From NCBI GenBank assembly GCA_964617015.1, contig CAZTVG010000001.1, positions 46,584 to 110,583 of the forward strand: a stretch of 64,000 bases of DNA. The letters are read 5' to 3'. The notes beneath the pieces are model-generated. The model made no database searches. It was not told where the DNA came from and saw only the letters and a list, made by a program, of their open reading frames with translations. This DNA comes from Candidatus Woesearchaeota archaeon (GTDB lineage Archaea > Nanobdellota > Nanobdellia > Pacearchaeales > GW2011-AR1). Positions 1-8,206 of the stretch are shown in pieces (within the stretch, counting starts at the first letter, position 1; each line of letters begins with the position of its first letter). Position numbers and translations under genes: made by a program.

Positions 1-1184
1 CCTTCGCCGGCATATGCTCTTGGCAATTGTCCTTTTCTTGAATAAATTTCAAAATCTTTTGGTTCAATAACAACTTTTACAGGAATATCATACTTTACTG
101 AAAACTCAAAATCACGCTGATCGTGGGCAGGAACAGCCATAACCATTCCGCTTCCATAATCAGCAATAACAAAATTTCCCGCATAAACAGGAACTTTCTC
201 CCCATTTATAGGATTTATAGCATAGCTTCCTGTAAAAACTCCTTCTTTCTCAAGAAGTTCTGAATTTTTTTCGCTGGCAGATTTTATTTTTTTCAGGAAA
301 GTTTCAACTTCTTTCTTTTGCTCTTTTTTTACAAGTTCAGCAAGTCTTGAGTGCTGGGCAGAAATAACCATGAAAGTTACCCCATAAATTGTGTCCGGCC
401 TTGTCGTAAAAACAGACCATTTCTTTCCTTCAACCTCAAAATCAATCTCTGTTCCGCGAGATTTTCCAATCCAGTTCTTTTGCATAACCTTAATTTTATC
501 AGGCCATTTCAAATCATCAACCATGTCCAGAATTTCTTCAACATAATCTGTTGTTTTTATGAACCACTGCTCCAGTTGTTTAATCTTAACTTCTGTATCA
601 GGATGTCTCCAGCATTTTCCTCTGTGAACCTGCTCATTAGCCAGAACAGTATTGCATTCAGGACACCAGTTAACAGGAGCTTTTTTTCTATAGACAAGCC
701 CCTTCTCAAGAAATTTCAAAAAGAAAAACTGATTCCATTTATAATATTCAGGTTTGTGAGTTTCAATAATGCGGGACCAGTCATAACTTAATCCAAACTC
801 TTTCTGCTGTTTTATGAAATGGTTAATAGACTTCTCTGTAAATTTCTTTGGATGAACTTTTTCCTGAATTGCCGCGTTTTCAGCAGGCAATCCAAAACTA
901 TCATAACCCATAGGATACAAAACATTGAAACCTTGCATTCGCTTAAATCTCGCATAAATATCCCCTATAGTATAGTTGAAGGCATGACCCATATGCAAGT
1001 CAGAACCAGAAGGGTAAGGGTACATCTCCAGAACATAAAATTTTTCCTTTTTATTTTCTTTCACCTGAAAAATTTTGGATTTTTCCCATTTTTTCTGCCA
1101 TTTTCGTTCTATTTCTGCAAAATTCAGAGAATTTTGGAGCCTAGAGAATTTTCTGGTTTCTTTGGTTTTAAAATTTCTTTTCAT
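1..1184 (-). CDS. leuS: Leucyl-tRNA synthetase, bacterial-type (5' part; runs off left edge)
   Basis: Manual translation from ATG 1184: FAEIERKWQKKWEKSKIF, KFYVLEMYPYPSGSDLHMGH (HIGH-like motif), PMGYDSFGLPAENAAI, FTTRPDTIYG, GMVMAVPAHDQRDFEF. Confidence 0.95.
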   Translation of the reverse strand, partial: MKRNFKTKETRKFSRLQNSLNFAEIERKWQKKWEKSKIFQVKENKKEKFYVLEMYPYPSGSDLHMGHAFNYTIGDIYARFKRMQGFNVLYPMGYDSFGLPAENAAIQEKVHPKKFTEKSINHFIKQQKEFGLSYDWSRIIETHKPEYYKWNQFFFLKFLEKGLVYRKKAPVNWCPECNTVLANEQVHRGKCWRHPDTEVKIKQLEQWFIKTTDYVEEILDMVDDLKWPDKIKVMQKNWIGKSRGTEIDFEVEGKKWSVFTTRPDTIYGVTFMVISAQHSRLAELVKKEQKKEVETFLKKIKSASEKNSELLEKEGVFTGSYAINPINGEKVPVYAGNFVIADYGSGMVMAVPAHDQRDFEFSVKYDIPVKVVIEPKDFEIYSRKGQLPRAYAGE

Positions 1185-1245
1185 TTGATTAATACTAATG
1201 AAACTATTCAGCAACTTTTAAATATTATCCTTAACTGTAAAAGAT

Positions 1246-1764
1246 ATGGAGAAAATCATAGCCCATATCGTTGGTGAAAGTGTTTCAAGTAATTCTGCAG
1301 AAGCATTTTCACTTTATAAAAAAAGCGCATTCGGAGAGCCTGTTGGTGAAAAAGTTCAGTATTCTTTGTCAGAAGCACTTTTTCTTGTTGAAAGAGGAAA
1401 GATGGAAATCTTCTTGAGAGGAAAGGAAATTTCCTCAAAAGAATTAATGAAAAAATTCCAGAAAACTGATAAAAAAATATATATTAAGTATCCTGTTTTC
1501 AGAGACTTAAGAGAAAGAGGTTATATTATAAAAACAGCTCTTAAATTCGGAGCAGATTTCAGAGTTTATGAGAAAGGCACTAAACCAGGGGGAAAACATG
1601 CAAAGTGGATAGTTTTTGCTGACCATGAATCTAAAAGTCTGACCTGGCATGAATTCTCTGCAAAAAATCGTGTCGCCCACAGTACAAAAAAGAATTTACT
1701 TTTGGCAGTTGTCGATGAAGAAGAAGATGTAAGTTATTATGAAGTTAAATGGATAAGACCATAG
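1246..1764 (+). CDS. endA: tRNA-intron endonuclease
   Basis: VFRDLRERGYIIKTALKFGADFRVY...HAKW...RVAHSTKK, with Tyr/His/Lys catalytic triad. Confidence 0.93.
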   Translation: MEKIIAHIVGESVSSNSAEAFSLYKKSAFGEPVGEKVQYSLSEALFLVERGKMEIFLRGKEISSKELMKKFQKTDKKIYIKYPVFRDLRERGYIIKTALKFGADFRVYEKGTKPGGKHAKWIVFADHESKSLTWHEFSAKNRVAHSTKKNLLLAVVDEEEDVSYYEVKWIRP

Positions 1765-1845
1765 GCATTTTTCTTTAAAAAATGACTTCGCCGTTTTGCG
1801 GCGGCGTAAGAGAAAATTTATAATCCTTCAATTTGTCTTTCAAAC

Positions 1846-2691
1846 ATGATTAAAGATACATCAGAAATAAAGGAAAAAATAATTTCTGTTCTAAGGAAAA
1901 ATGGTCCAAGCCTTCCTGTTCACATTGCAAGGGAAATAGAATCAAACATGCTTTTTACATCAGCTTTCCTTTCTGAACTTGCTGCTGAAAAAAGAATAAA
2001 GATAAGTAACATGAAAGTTGGAAATTCTCCCTTATATTTTATTCAAGGACAGGATCCAATGCTTGAAAAATTTTCTCAGTATTTGAAAAGCAGGGAAAAA
2101 GATGCCTTCGCGTCTCTGAAAGAAAGAAAATTTTTGGAAGATAACGAACAAGAACCTGCAATTCGCGTGGCTTTAAGGGAAATAAAAGATTTTGCAGTGC
2201 CTTTCAAAAAAGAAGGAGAAATTATCTGGAGATATTTTACTGTCTCCGAGAAAGAATTTAAAATAAAGGAAAAACCAAAGTTAATAGCAAAGAAAGAAAC
2301 AAAAAAAATAGAACCTGAAAAAGAAAGAACACTTGATATTTTTGACAAGCCAGGAAGAGCAAAAACTTCAAAAAAAATTTCCAGAGAAAAAGAAAACAAA
2401 TTATTCAGTAAAGTAAAAGAATTTTTATCAGAAAAATCAATGGAGATTATAGATATCACAAACTTTAGTAAAAATGAAATATTGCTGCGTATCAGGGATA
2501 ATGGAGAAGAAAAACTTCTTATTGTATACAATAAAAGAAGAATAGGTGAAAATGATCTGATTAAAGCATCAAAAAAAGCTTCAGAATTCAATCTGCCTTA
2601 CATAATTATAGGCTTGGGCGAGCCATTAAAAAAAATGCGCGGGTTAATTGACGCCATAAAAAACCTGTCCTCTATAGAAAAACTAAAATAA
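1846..2691 (+). CDS. Hypothetical protein with N-terminal winged-HTH-like segment
   Basis: 281-aa ORF, TATA ~20 nt upstream; GPSLPVHIAREI...AFLSELAAEKRIKIS resembles wHTH. Confidence 0.6.
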   Translation: MIKDTSEIKEKIISVLRKNGPSLPVHIAREIESNMLFTSAFLSELAAEKRIKISNMKVGNSPLYFIQGQDPMLEKFSQYLKSREKDAFASLKERKFLEDNEQEPAIRVALREIKDFAVPFKKEGEIIWRYFTVSEKEFKIKEKPKLIAKKETKKIEPEKERTLDIFDKPGRAKTSKKISREKENKLFSKVKEFLSEKSMEIIDITNFSKNEILLRIRDNGEEKLLIVYNKRRIGENDLIKASKKASEFNLPYIIIGLGEPLKKMRGLIDAIKNLSSIEKLK

Positions 2692-2726
2692 CAACTTTTA
2701 AAAATAAAGACATTTAATCAATAAGT

Positions 2727-2906
2727 ATGGGAAAAATAAAGTCAAAACTTGTAAAAAGATCTGCTCATGAATTGATAAAGAGAGGAATCACATTCAGCAA
2801 TGATTTCGAAGAAAACAAAAAAGTTCTCGGAAGAACTATGCCTAGCAAAAAAATAAGAAATCAGATGGCAGGTTACATTGCAAAACTAAAAAAGAAAGAA
2901 AAATAA
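2727..2906 (+). CDS. rps17e: 30S ribosomal protein S17e (below ORF-track cutoff)
   Basis: MGKIKSKLVKRSAHELIKRGITFSNDFEENKKVLGRTMPSKKIRNQMAGYIAKLKKKEK. Confidence 0.93.
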   Translation: MGKIKSKLVKRSAHELIKRGITFSNDFEENKKVLGRTMPSKKIRNQMAGYIAKLKKKEK

Positions 2907-2963
2907 TAACTTTTCTGTTAATATTACCTTAAAGCTTTTAAATTAAGTATTTCTTTTAATTTT

Positions 2964-3035
2964 GGCTGCATAGCTCAGTGGCAGAGCACTAGTCTCATGA
3001 GCTAGGGGTCCTGGGTTCAACTCCCAGTGCAGCCA
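2964..3035 (+). tRNA. tRNA with CAT anticodon (elongator Met or Ile2)
   Basis: Acceptor GGCTGCA/TGCAGCC, anticodon arm CTAGT-CTCATGA-GCTAG, T-arm CTGGG-TTCAACT-CCCAG; CCA not encoded. Confidence 0.92.
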
Positions 3036-3093
3036 TTTTATTTGTATAGTTATTTGCAATAATCTTTTTTAACCCATAATAAATTAAGAATAA

Positions 3094-3468
3094 ATGATTG
3101 AATGGCTTGAGAAAAATAGATATGCGGCAATAATCTTAACGATGCTGATTGCAGCAGAAATCTTCTATTTTTCTTCAATTCCAGGTGGGTCTCCTAGGAT
3201 GGGGGGAGGAATAAGAATTTCAATTATTTATCATTTTTTGGTATTTTTTTTATTTAGTTTTTTTCTTTTGCTCTCTATAATTGGTAACAAAAAAATAAAA
3301 ATAAGTTATGTGGTAATCACTTTAATAATATCTGTAATATACGCGGTTTTAGATGAATTTCATCAGATGTTTGTGGCTTTTAGAAATCCTTCGATACAGG
3401 ATGTTTTAACAAATACAATTGGAATTTTTTCATCTATAATACTATATTTTTATTATAGAAAAAAATAA
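3094..3468 (+). CDS. VanZ family membrane protein
   Basis: Hydrophobic; IFYFSS, YHFLVF, YAVLDEFHQMFV..R.PSIQDVLTN. Confidence 0.85.
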   Translation: MIEWLEKNRYAAIILTMLIAAEIFYFSSIPGGSPRMGGGIRISIIYHFLVFFLFSFFLLLSIIGNKKIKISYVVITLIISVIYAVLDEFHQMFVAFRNPSIQDVLTNTIGIFSSIILYFYYRKK

Positions 3469-3470
3469 AA

Positions 3471-3818
3471 TTATCCGATAATTTTTAAGCCATCGTTCTT
3501 TTTCCTTGGCACAATATGAAAATGAACATGCTTTATAATCTGCCCTGCTACGTCAAAATTATTACTTATTAGATTAAAACCCTCAGAATTGTTCATTTTT
3601 ATTAGCTTTATAGCTGTCTGTTTAATGCAGTCCAAAAGCTCTTGACCAAGGGTTGAATTAAGATCAAGTATTGTTTTAAAATGTTTTTTGGAAATAATTA
3701 AGCTATGCCCTTTGATTATTGGATTTTTGTCTGGAATAGAATAAAAATTCTCATTTTCATAAATTTTATTTGCTGGTATATTCCCTTCGGCTATCTTACA
3801 AAAAACACACTCTTCCAT
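3471..3818 (-). CDS. HIT family nucleotide hydrolase
   Basis: CVFCKI, GHSLIISKKH, HVHFHIVPR histidine triad. Confidence 0.93.
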   Translation of the reverse strand: MEECVFCKIAEGNIPANKIYENENFYSIPDKNPIIKGHSLIISKKHFKTILDLNSTLGQELLDCIKQTAIKLIKMNNSEGFNLISNNFDVAGQIIKHVHFHIVPRKKNDGLKIIG

Positions 3819-3903
3819 GAAAGTAAAAGAAAAAAATAGTTTAAAAATATGTTGTAAAGATATTATACAATAAGAAAATGATATAAAAAAATCTCAATCT
3901 TAC

Positions 3904-4026
3904 CTATCTTTTCCTTCTTCTAGGTGCAGCTCTTCTTCTTGAAGAACTTCTCTTAGGTGCTGCTTTTCTTCTTGAAGGCCTTCTTCTAGAAGTTTTTCTT
4001 GCAGCTTTTCTTCTTCTTGCAGCCAT
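3904..4026 (-). CDS. 40-aa Arg-rich protamine-like peptide
   Basis: MAARRRKAARKTSRRRPSRRKAAPKRSSSRRRAAPRRRKR; GAGG SD-like motif just upstream and TATA-like TTTATAAA near 4073-4080. Confidence 0.75.
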   Translation of the reverse strand: MAARRRKAARKTSRRRPSRRKAAPKRSSSRRRAAPRRRKR

Positions 4027-4121
4027 ATTTTTTCCTCTTTTTATTTTAATTATTTATATTAAGAATATTTTATTTATAAATCTTTCTTGAATAATTTTTA
4101 ATGTTTTTTGATAGATTAAAT

Positions 4122-4136
4122 TTTACCGTCGGTAAA
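4122..4136. promoter_or_regulatory. Perfect palindrome TTTACCG-T-CGGTAAA
   Basis: Inverted repeat between glyS stop and the promoter of the Arg-rich peptide. Confidence 0.5.
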
Positions 4137-4147
4137 TCTAGAACTTC

Positions 4148-5818
4148 TCAGATTTTTTTTCTCGTGCTTATTATTTTTCCAAAATCAGATAATTTTTTAT
4201 TTTCATAAATAATTTTTCTAAAAATTTCTTTCAAATCTTTTATTTTAATTCTTATCTGATCTGTCGTATCTCTGTCACGGATTGTGGCGTCTTTTTTCTT
4301 TAGACTATCTTGGTCAATTGTTATGCAAAAAGGAGTTCCTATTTCATCATTTCGGGCATATCGTCTTCCTATGCTTCCTGACTTATCATAAATAACATTC
4401 CATTCTCTCCTTAAATCTTCAAAAATTTCCTTAGAAAGTTTTTCATACCTTTCTTTTTTTACAATCGGAAACACTGCTGCTTTTATCGGCGCAAGTTTTG
4501 GCTGCAGTTTTAACACCACATTTCCCCTTTCTTTATCATAAAAATAAGAGTCAAACATAAAAACCAAGAAAGCTCTTTCAACACCAAGGCTTGGCTCACA
4601 AATAACATGGGGGAGAATTTTGCCTTTTGAGATTTCATCAAAAATCTTTAAATCTTTTTTTGAAGATTTCTCATGCTGGCTCAAATCATAGTTTCCGCGG
4701 TCAGCAATTCCTTCAAGTTCTTTCCATCCAAAAGGAAAATTATATTCAATATCCCATGTATCTGTTGAATAATGTGAAAGCTCACTTTTAGGATGCTGTC
4801 TTATTCTGAAATTTTCAGAATTTGCTCCTAAATTAAGAAACCATGATAGTTCTGTCGCAAGCCAATAGGCATGCCAGTATTTTTTTATTATTCCTTTCTT
4901 TAAAGCATCTTTTATTTTCATTTTTACTGGCTCCTGATTTTTTTCCTGAGCTTCTGCAGAGTAAACAAAAATTTTCACATCAGGAATTTTATGAGAATGG
5001 GAACTTTCCTCGGGATTTATAAAATACTCTATTTCCATCTGCTCAAACTCTCTTGAACGAAATAAAAAATCTCTTGGAGCAATTTCATTCCTGAAAGCTT
5101 TTCCTATCTGTGCAATTCCAAAAGGAAGTTTCATTCTGGAGTTTTCATAAACAGATTTAAAGTTAGTAAAAATAAGTTGCGCTGTTTCTGGTCTGAGATA
5201 AGCTTTTCCTGATTCCCCAACGTTTGTTTCAAACATTAACTTAAATTCTTTTGCGGTTTTCTCGTCGTAATCCCCTCCGCAGAATTCACACTTGACTTTA
5301 CCAAGTTCATTTCTGTCAACTTTTCCCGGTTTTCTGCATTTCTTACATACAACAATTAAATCTGAAAAACTGTCTATATGCCCTGATGCTTCCCAGGTCT
5401 GAGGATGAGTTATAATAGAGCCATCAATTCCCACAATATCTTCTCTTCCTGTAACATGAAACTGCCACCACGCTTTCTTGATATTGTTTTTCATCTCAAC
5501 GCCAAGATGCCCGAAATCCCAGAATCCTGCAAAACCTCCGTAAATTTCTCCAGACTGATAAACAAAACCCCTTCTTTTGCAAAAAACTGCCATATCTTCA
5601 ATTGAAATTTTTGTTGGTTTTTCCTGAACAGGTTTCTTTTTTATTGGTTCCTTTTGTTTTGGTTTCTTAAGAATTTCTTTTGCTTTCTTCTCAGCTCCTT
5701 TTTTCGTTTTGCCAAGGTAAGCAATAGTCTTTGTCTTTACTTTACCATTCACTCTCTTATTTTCATTAAGATAGTAATATTCTCTGTCATGAATTTTTTT
5801 CTTAACAATAAATGCCAT
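4148..5818 (-). CDS. glyS: Glycyl-tRNA synthetase (alpha2 type) with ~70-aa N-terminal extension
   Basis: KRRGFVYQSGEIYGG, YLRPETAQ, FRNEIAPR..LFRSREFEQME, EPSLGVER, GSIGRRYARNDEIGTP. Confidence 0.96.
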   Translation of the reverse strand: MAFIVKKKIHDREYYYLNENKRVNGKVKTKTIAYLGKTKKGAEKKAKEILKKPKQKEPIKKKPVQEKPTKISIEDMAVFCKRRGFVYQSGEIYGGFAGFWDFGHLGVEMKNNIKKAWWQFHVTGREDIVGIDGSIITHPQTWEASGHIDSFSDLIVVCKKCRKPGKVDRNELGKVKCEFCGGDYDEKTAKEFKLMFETNVGESGKAYLRPETAQLIFTNFKSVYENSRMKLPFGIAQIGKAFRNEIAPRDFLFRSREFEQMEIEYFINPEESSHSHKIPDVKIFVYSAEAQEKNQEPVKMKIKDALKKGIIKKYWHAYWLATELSWFLNLGANSENFRIRQHPKSELSHYSTDTWDIEYNFPFGWKELEGIADRGNYDLSQHEKSSKKDLKIFDEISKGKILPHVICEPSLGVERAFLVFMFDSYFYDKERGNVVLKLQPKLAPIKAAVFPIVKKERYEKLSKEIFEDLRREWNVIYDKSGSIGRRYARNDEIGTPFCITIDQDSLKKKDATIRDRDTTDQIRIKIKDLKEIFRKIIYENKKLSDFGKIISTRKKI

Positions 5819-5884
5819 GGTAAGACACCTGTCTCTCCAAATTTTTAAGGGTCAACTTCCCTTTAATTTTGTTAAACATGTTAT

Positions 5885-5927
5885 TAGGCACTACAAAGAA
5901 ATATTTAAACCTTTTGGTAGGCACTAC
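5885..5927. promoter_or_regulatory. Paired TAGGCACTAC boxes flanking the glyS TATA box
   Basis: 10-bp direct repeat at 5885-5894 and 5918-5927; second copy extends to palindrome GTAG-GCA-CTAC; TTTAAATA (minus strand) lies between them. Confidence 0.6.
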
Positions 5928-7964
5928 TTATTGCCTGAACTTAAATCTAAGAAAGTCCTTTAATGATACCCCTGATTTCCTCATGTATCTGACAATAAAG
6001 AATATTGCCACAAGAACAACAACGACTATCAAGAATATGATGAATCCTCCTGCTCCTCCTTCTCCACCGAAGATTGCGAATCCTGCTGTAGGAGTTCCGC
6101 TTATAACAACTCTCTCCTGTACAGAAGCAGAATAAATCTCAGAGTTCAAATCTGCCACAAGCGTAAGTTCTCCTTCCAAGGCTTCATCTACAGGAACCAC
6201 AGCTAAAAATTCCTCAAGAGCATTTGCTGCAAGCGCCTGACTTGTACTAACTTCTGCCACCTTCTCGATATCTTTTAAAAGCGATAATCCAATTTCAACA
6301 TTTTGGTCTTCACCAGAAAGTTCTTCTAATGAATAAGTTACTTCAACTTCATTTTGTTCTGTTCTTTCAACACTAATTAATCCAAATTCTAATTTCTTTT
6401 CTACAACCTCAACAGTGAAAAGATCGGCTACGTCTGTGCCAGGACAGTCCAAAGATACACCTAAGCCGTAGGACCCTGCCGCAGTTCCCTCAGGAACAAC
6501 TACATCAAAGACAAAAGTGTGTTTTTCTCCTGCATTCAAATCAAGTGTTTCGGTATGACTTATCCATGAAGAAACTTCCCCTACACTTTCAAACAAGCAT
6601 GCTTGTAGCGGAAAAGTCAAAACGCTTTCAACGCTCCATGTAATTTCCCTAGTTTCACCAGGATTCATTGTCAAACTCTGAATGTCTTCTAATATTAACT
6701 TGACTATCTCGGTAACTTCTGTAGTTGTTCCTGTAATATTACTCTCTTCTGAAGTCTTCTCTGGACTGCTGGATGGAGGAGGAGTGTCTACTGAAAATGA
6801 AGATGACTGGTGGTCAGAAGCACCCAATGAGTTATTTGCGTATAGGTTGAATACATAGTTTCCGTCGTCTGAAACATCAAAACTACTGCTACCGCAACCA
6901 GGAAGAGTTGTATTGATTCCATTATTAATATTATACCAACAAGTTAGATTATTTCCTACCTTGGTAAAACTTATGGAGATTCCTGTTTGTGAAGATTTTA
7001 TTCCTGTTGGTTCAGATATATTCAAAGATACAATTCCGAGAGAAGAACCAACGACAACACTTTCTAAATAAGGGCTTAAACTTGAATCAGAGCTAGTGAA
7101 ATCAGCTTGATACTGGAAGTATCTTCCTTCAAGACCAATATTGGTTAAATCAGATACAGTAACAAAACTCTCATTAGCGCAATCCGAAGAAGAGCAAACT
7201 CTAACCTGAAAAGTCAAATCTGCGCCTGTCGGAACCTCTGCAAAAATATAATCAAATTCTTCTGCAGGAGCTACTCCAGAGCCAGCACCCTCTCCAAACC
7301 ACAAAGCATTTGTTGAATTTCCAAGATTCAAAGTTACTTCAATTAATTCTCCTGTATCAGAAGTTACTGTAAAAGTTCCTAAGGCATTATTTCCTGATGT
7401 GTCTGATTGAGCATAAACCCCGACAACTTCGCTTTTATTCATCTTTGCATATATATTCAATATACTTCCAGAAGTCAAGTCACTAGCAAAATCCAAATCA
7501 AAATTACTTGAGTTTGACATGTCTGCCAAATAATAAACATCATCCTGAGAAGCTACTTCGGTAACACTATTCCCGTTGTGGATTGCAGAAGTTAAAAATA
7601 CATTATAGCTTCCTGGAATTCCCCCCTGCCATATTAAACTATCCCACTGCATTGTTGAATTTGCATCAAAAATCTCAGAGGTGTATGTTCCTGTATTTTG
7701 ACCAGAACTTAAAACTACAGCACTGCCATTATATCCTACTCCTGTGTAACTTCCCTTATCAAAGTCACTCCGGTTTTGTTGTTCAAAAACTGCAAATCCT
7801 GTGAAACCCCTGTCGCCAAGAAAAAATAAAGCAAGTAAGACTACTGCAACGATAAGAAGACCTATAAGGATATGATTACCTACCCCTCTTTTCATACCCC
7901 CACCTGCTCCTCTTTTCATACCCTCCTTAGGTTTTTCTGGTTTAAAAAGTTTTTTGAAATCCAA
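5928..7964 (-). CDS. Large cell-surface protein with N- and C-terminal TM segments and Ig-like beta domains
   Basis: Acidic Ser/Thr/Asn-rich body, many NxS/T sequons, basic C-terminal tail. Confidence 0.75.
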   Translation of the reverse strand: MDFKKLFKPEKPKEGMKRGAGGGMKRGVGNHILIGLLIVAVVLLALFFLGDRGFTGFAVFEQQNRSDFDKGSYTGVGYNGSAVVLSSGQNTGTYTSEIFDANSTMQWDSLIWQGGIPGSYNVFLTSAIHNGNSVTEVASQDDVYYLADMSNSSNFDLDFASDLTSGSILNIYAKMNKSEVVGVYAQSDTSGNNALGTFTVTSDTGELIEVTLNLGNSTNALWFGEGAGSGVAPAEEFDYIFAEVPTGADLTFQVRVCSSSDCANESFVTVSDLTNIGLEGRYFQYQADFTSSDSSLSPYLESVVVGSSLGIVSLNISEPTGIKSSQTGISISFTKVGNNLTCWYNINNGINTTLPGCGSSSFDVSDDGNYVFNLYANNSLGASDHQSSSFSVDTPPPSSSPEKTSEESNITGTTTEVTEIVKLILEDIQSLTMNPGETREITWSVESVLTFPLQACLFESVGEVSSWISHTETLDLNAGEKHTFVFDVVVPEGTAAGSYGLGVSLDCPGTDVADLFTVEVVEKKLEFGLISVERTEQNEVEVTYSLEELSGEDQNVEIGLSLLKDIEKVAEVSTSQALAANALEEFLAVVPVDEALEGELTLVADLNSEIYSASVQERVVISGTPTAGFAIFGGEGGAGGFIIFLIVVVVLVAIFFIVRYMRKSGVSLKDFLRFKFRQ

Positions 7965-8133
7965 TATATACTATAATTTTTAAAAATAAACTAAGATAAT
8001 GTAAATTATGTTTATATTTATCCTGAATTTGTAATTATTTCCATTTCCTCTTCAATTTTTATCCTAAATGGCCAGTTCAAATTGATATATTTTTCAGAAA
8101 GTTTCTATAACTCCCAGCCATCTGACTTTTAAT

Positions 8134-8206
8134 AATACATACATAATAAGTATTAAAATCATAAATACATATATTTTTAAGTATTAATACATGTATAATA
8201 AGTATG
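8134..8206. promoter_or_regulatory. Three near-palindromic AATACAT-N7/8-AAGTAT(T/G) boxes over promoter and start codon
   Basis: Copies at 8134-8154, 8164-8185 and 8186-8206. Confidence 0.6.

Noticed and set aside
351..1277. Plus-strand ORFs 351..791 and 819..1277, and most other short track ORFs nested opposite long genes
   Set aside because: Antisense shadows of leuS and other well-supported genes; no independent motifs
1787..1810. GC-rich hairpin CGCCGT-TTT-GCGGCG after endA as a terminator or ncRNA
   Set aside because: Single short stem with no U-tract or other support
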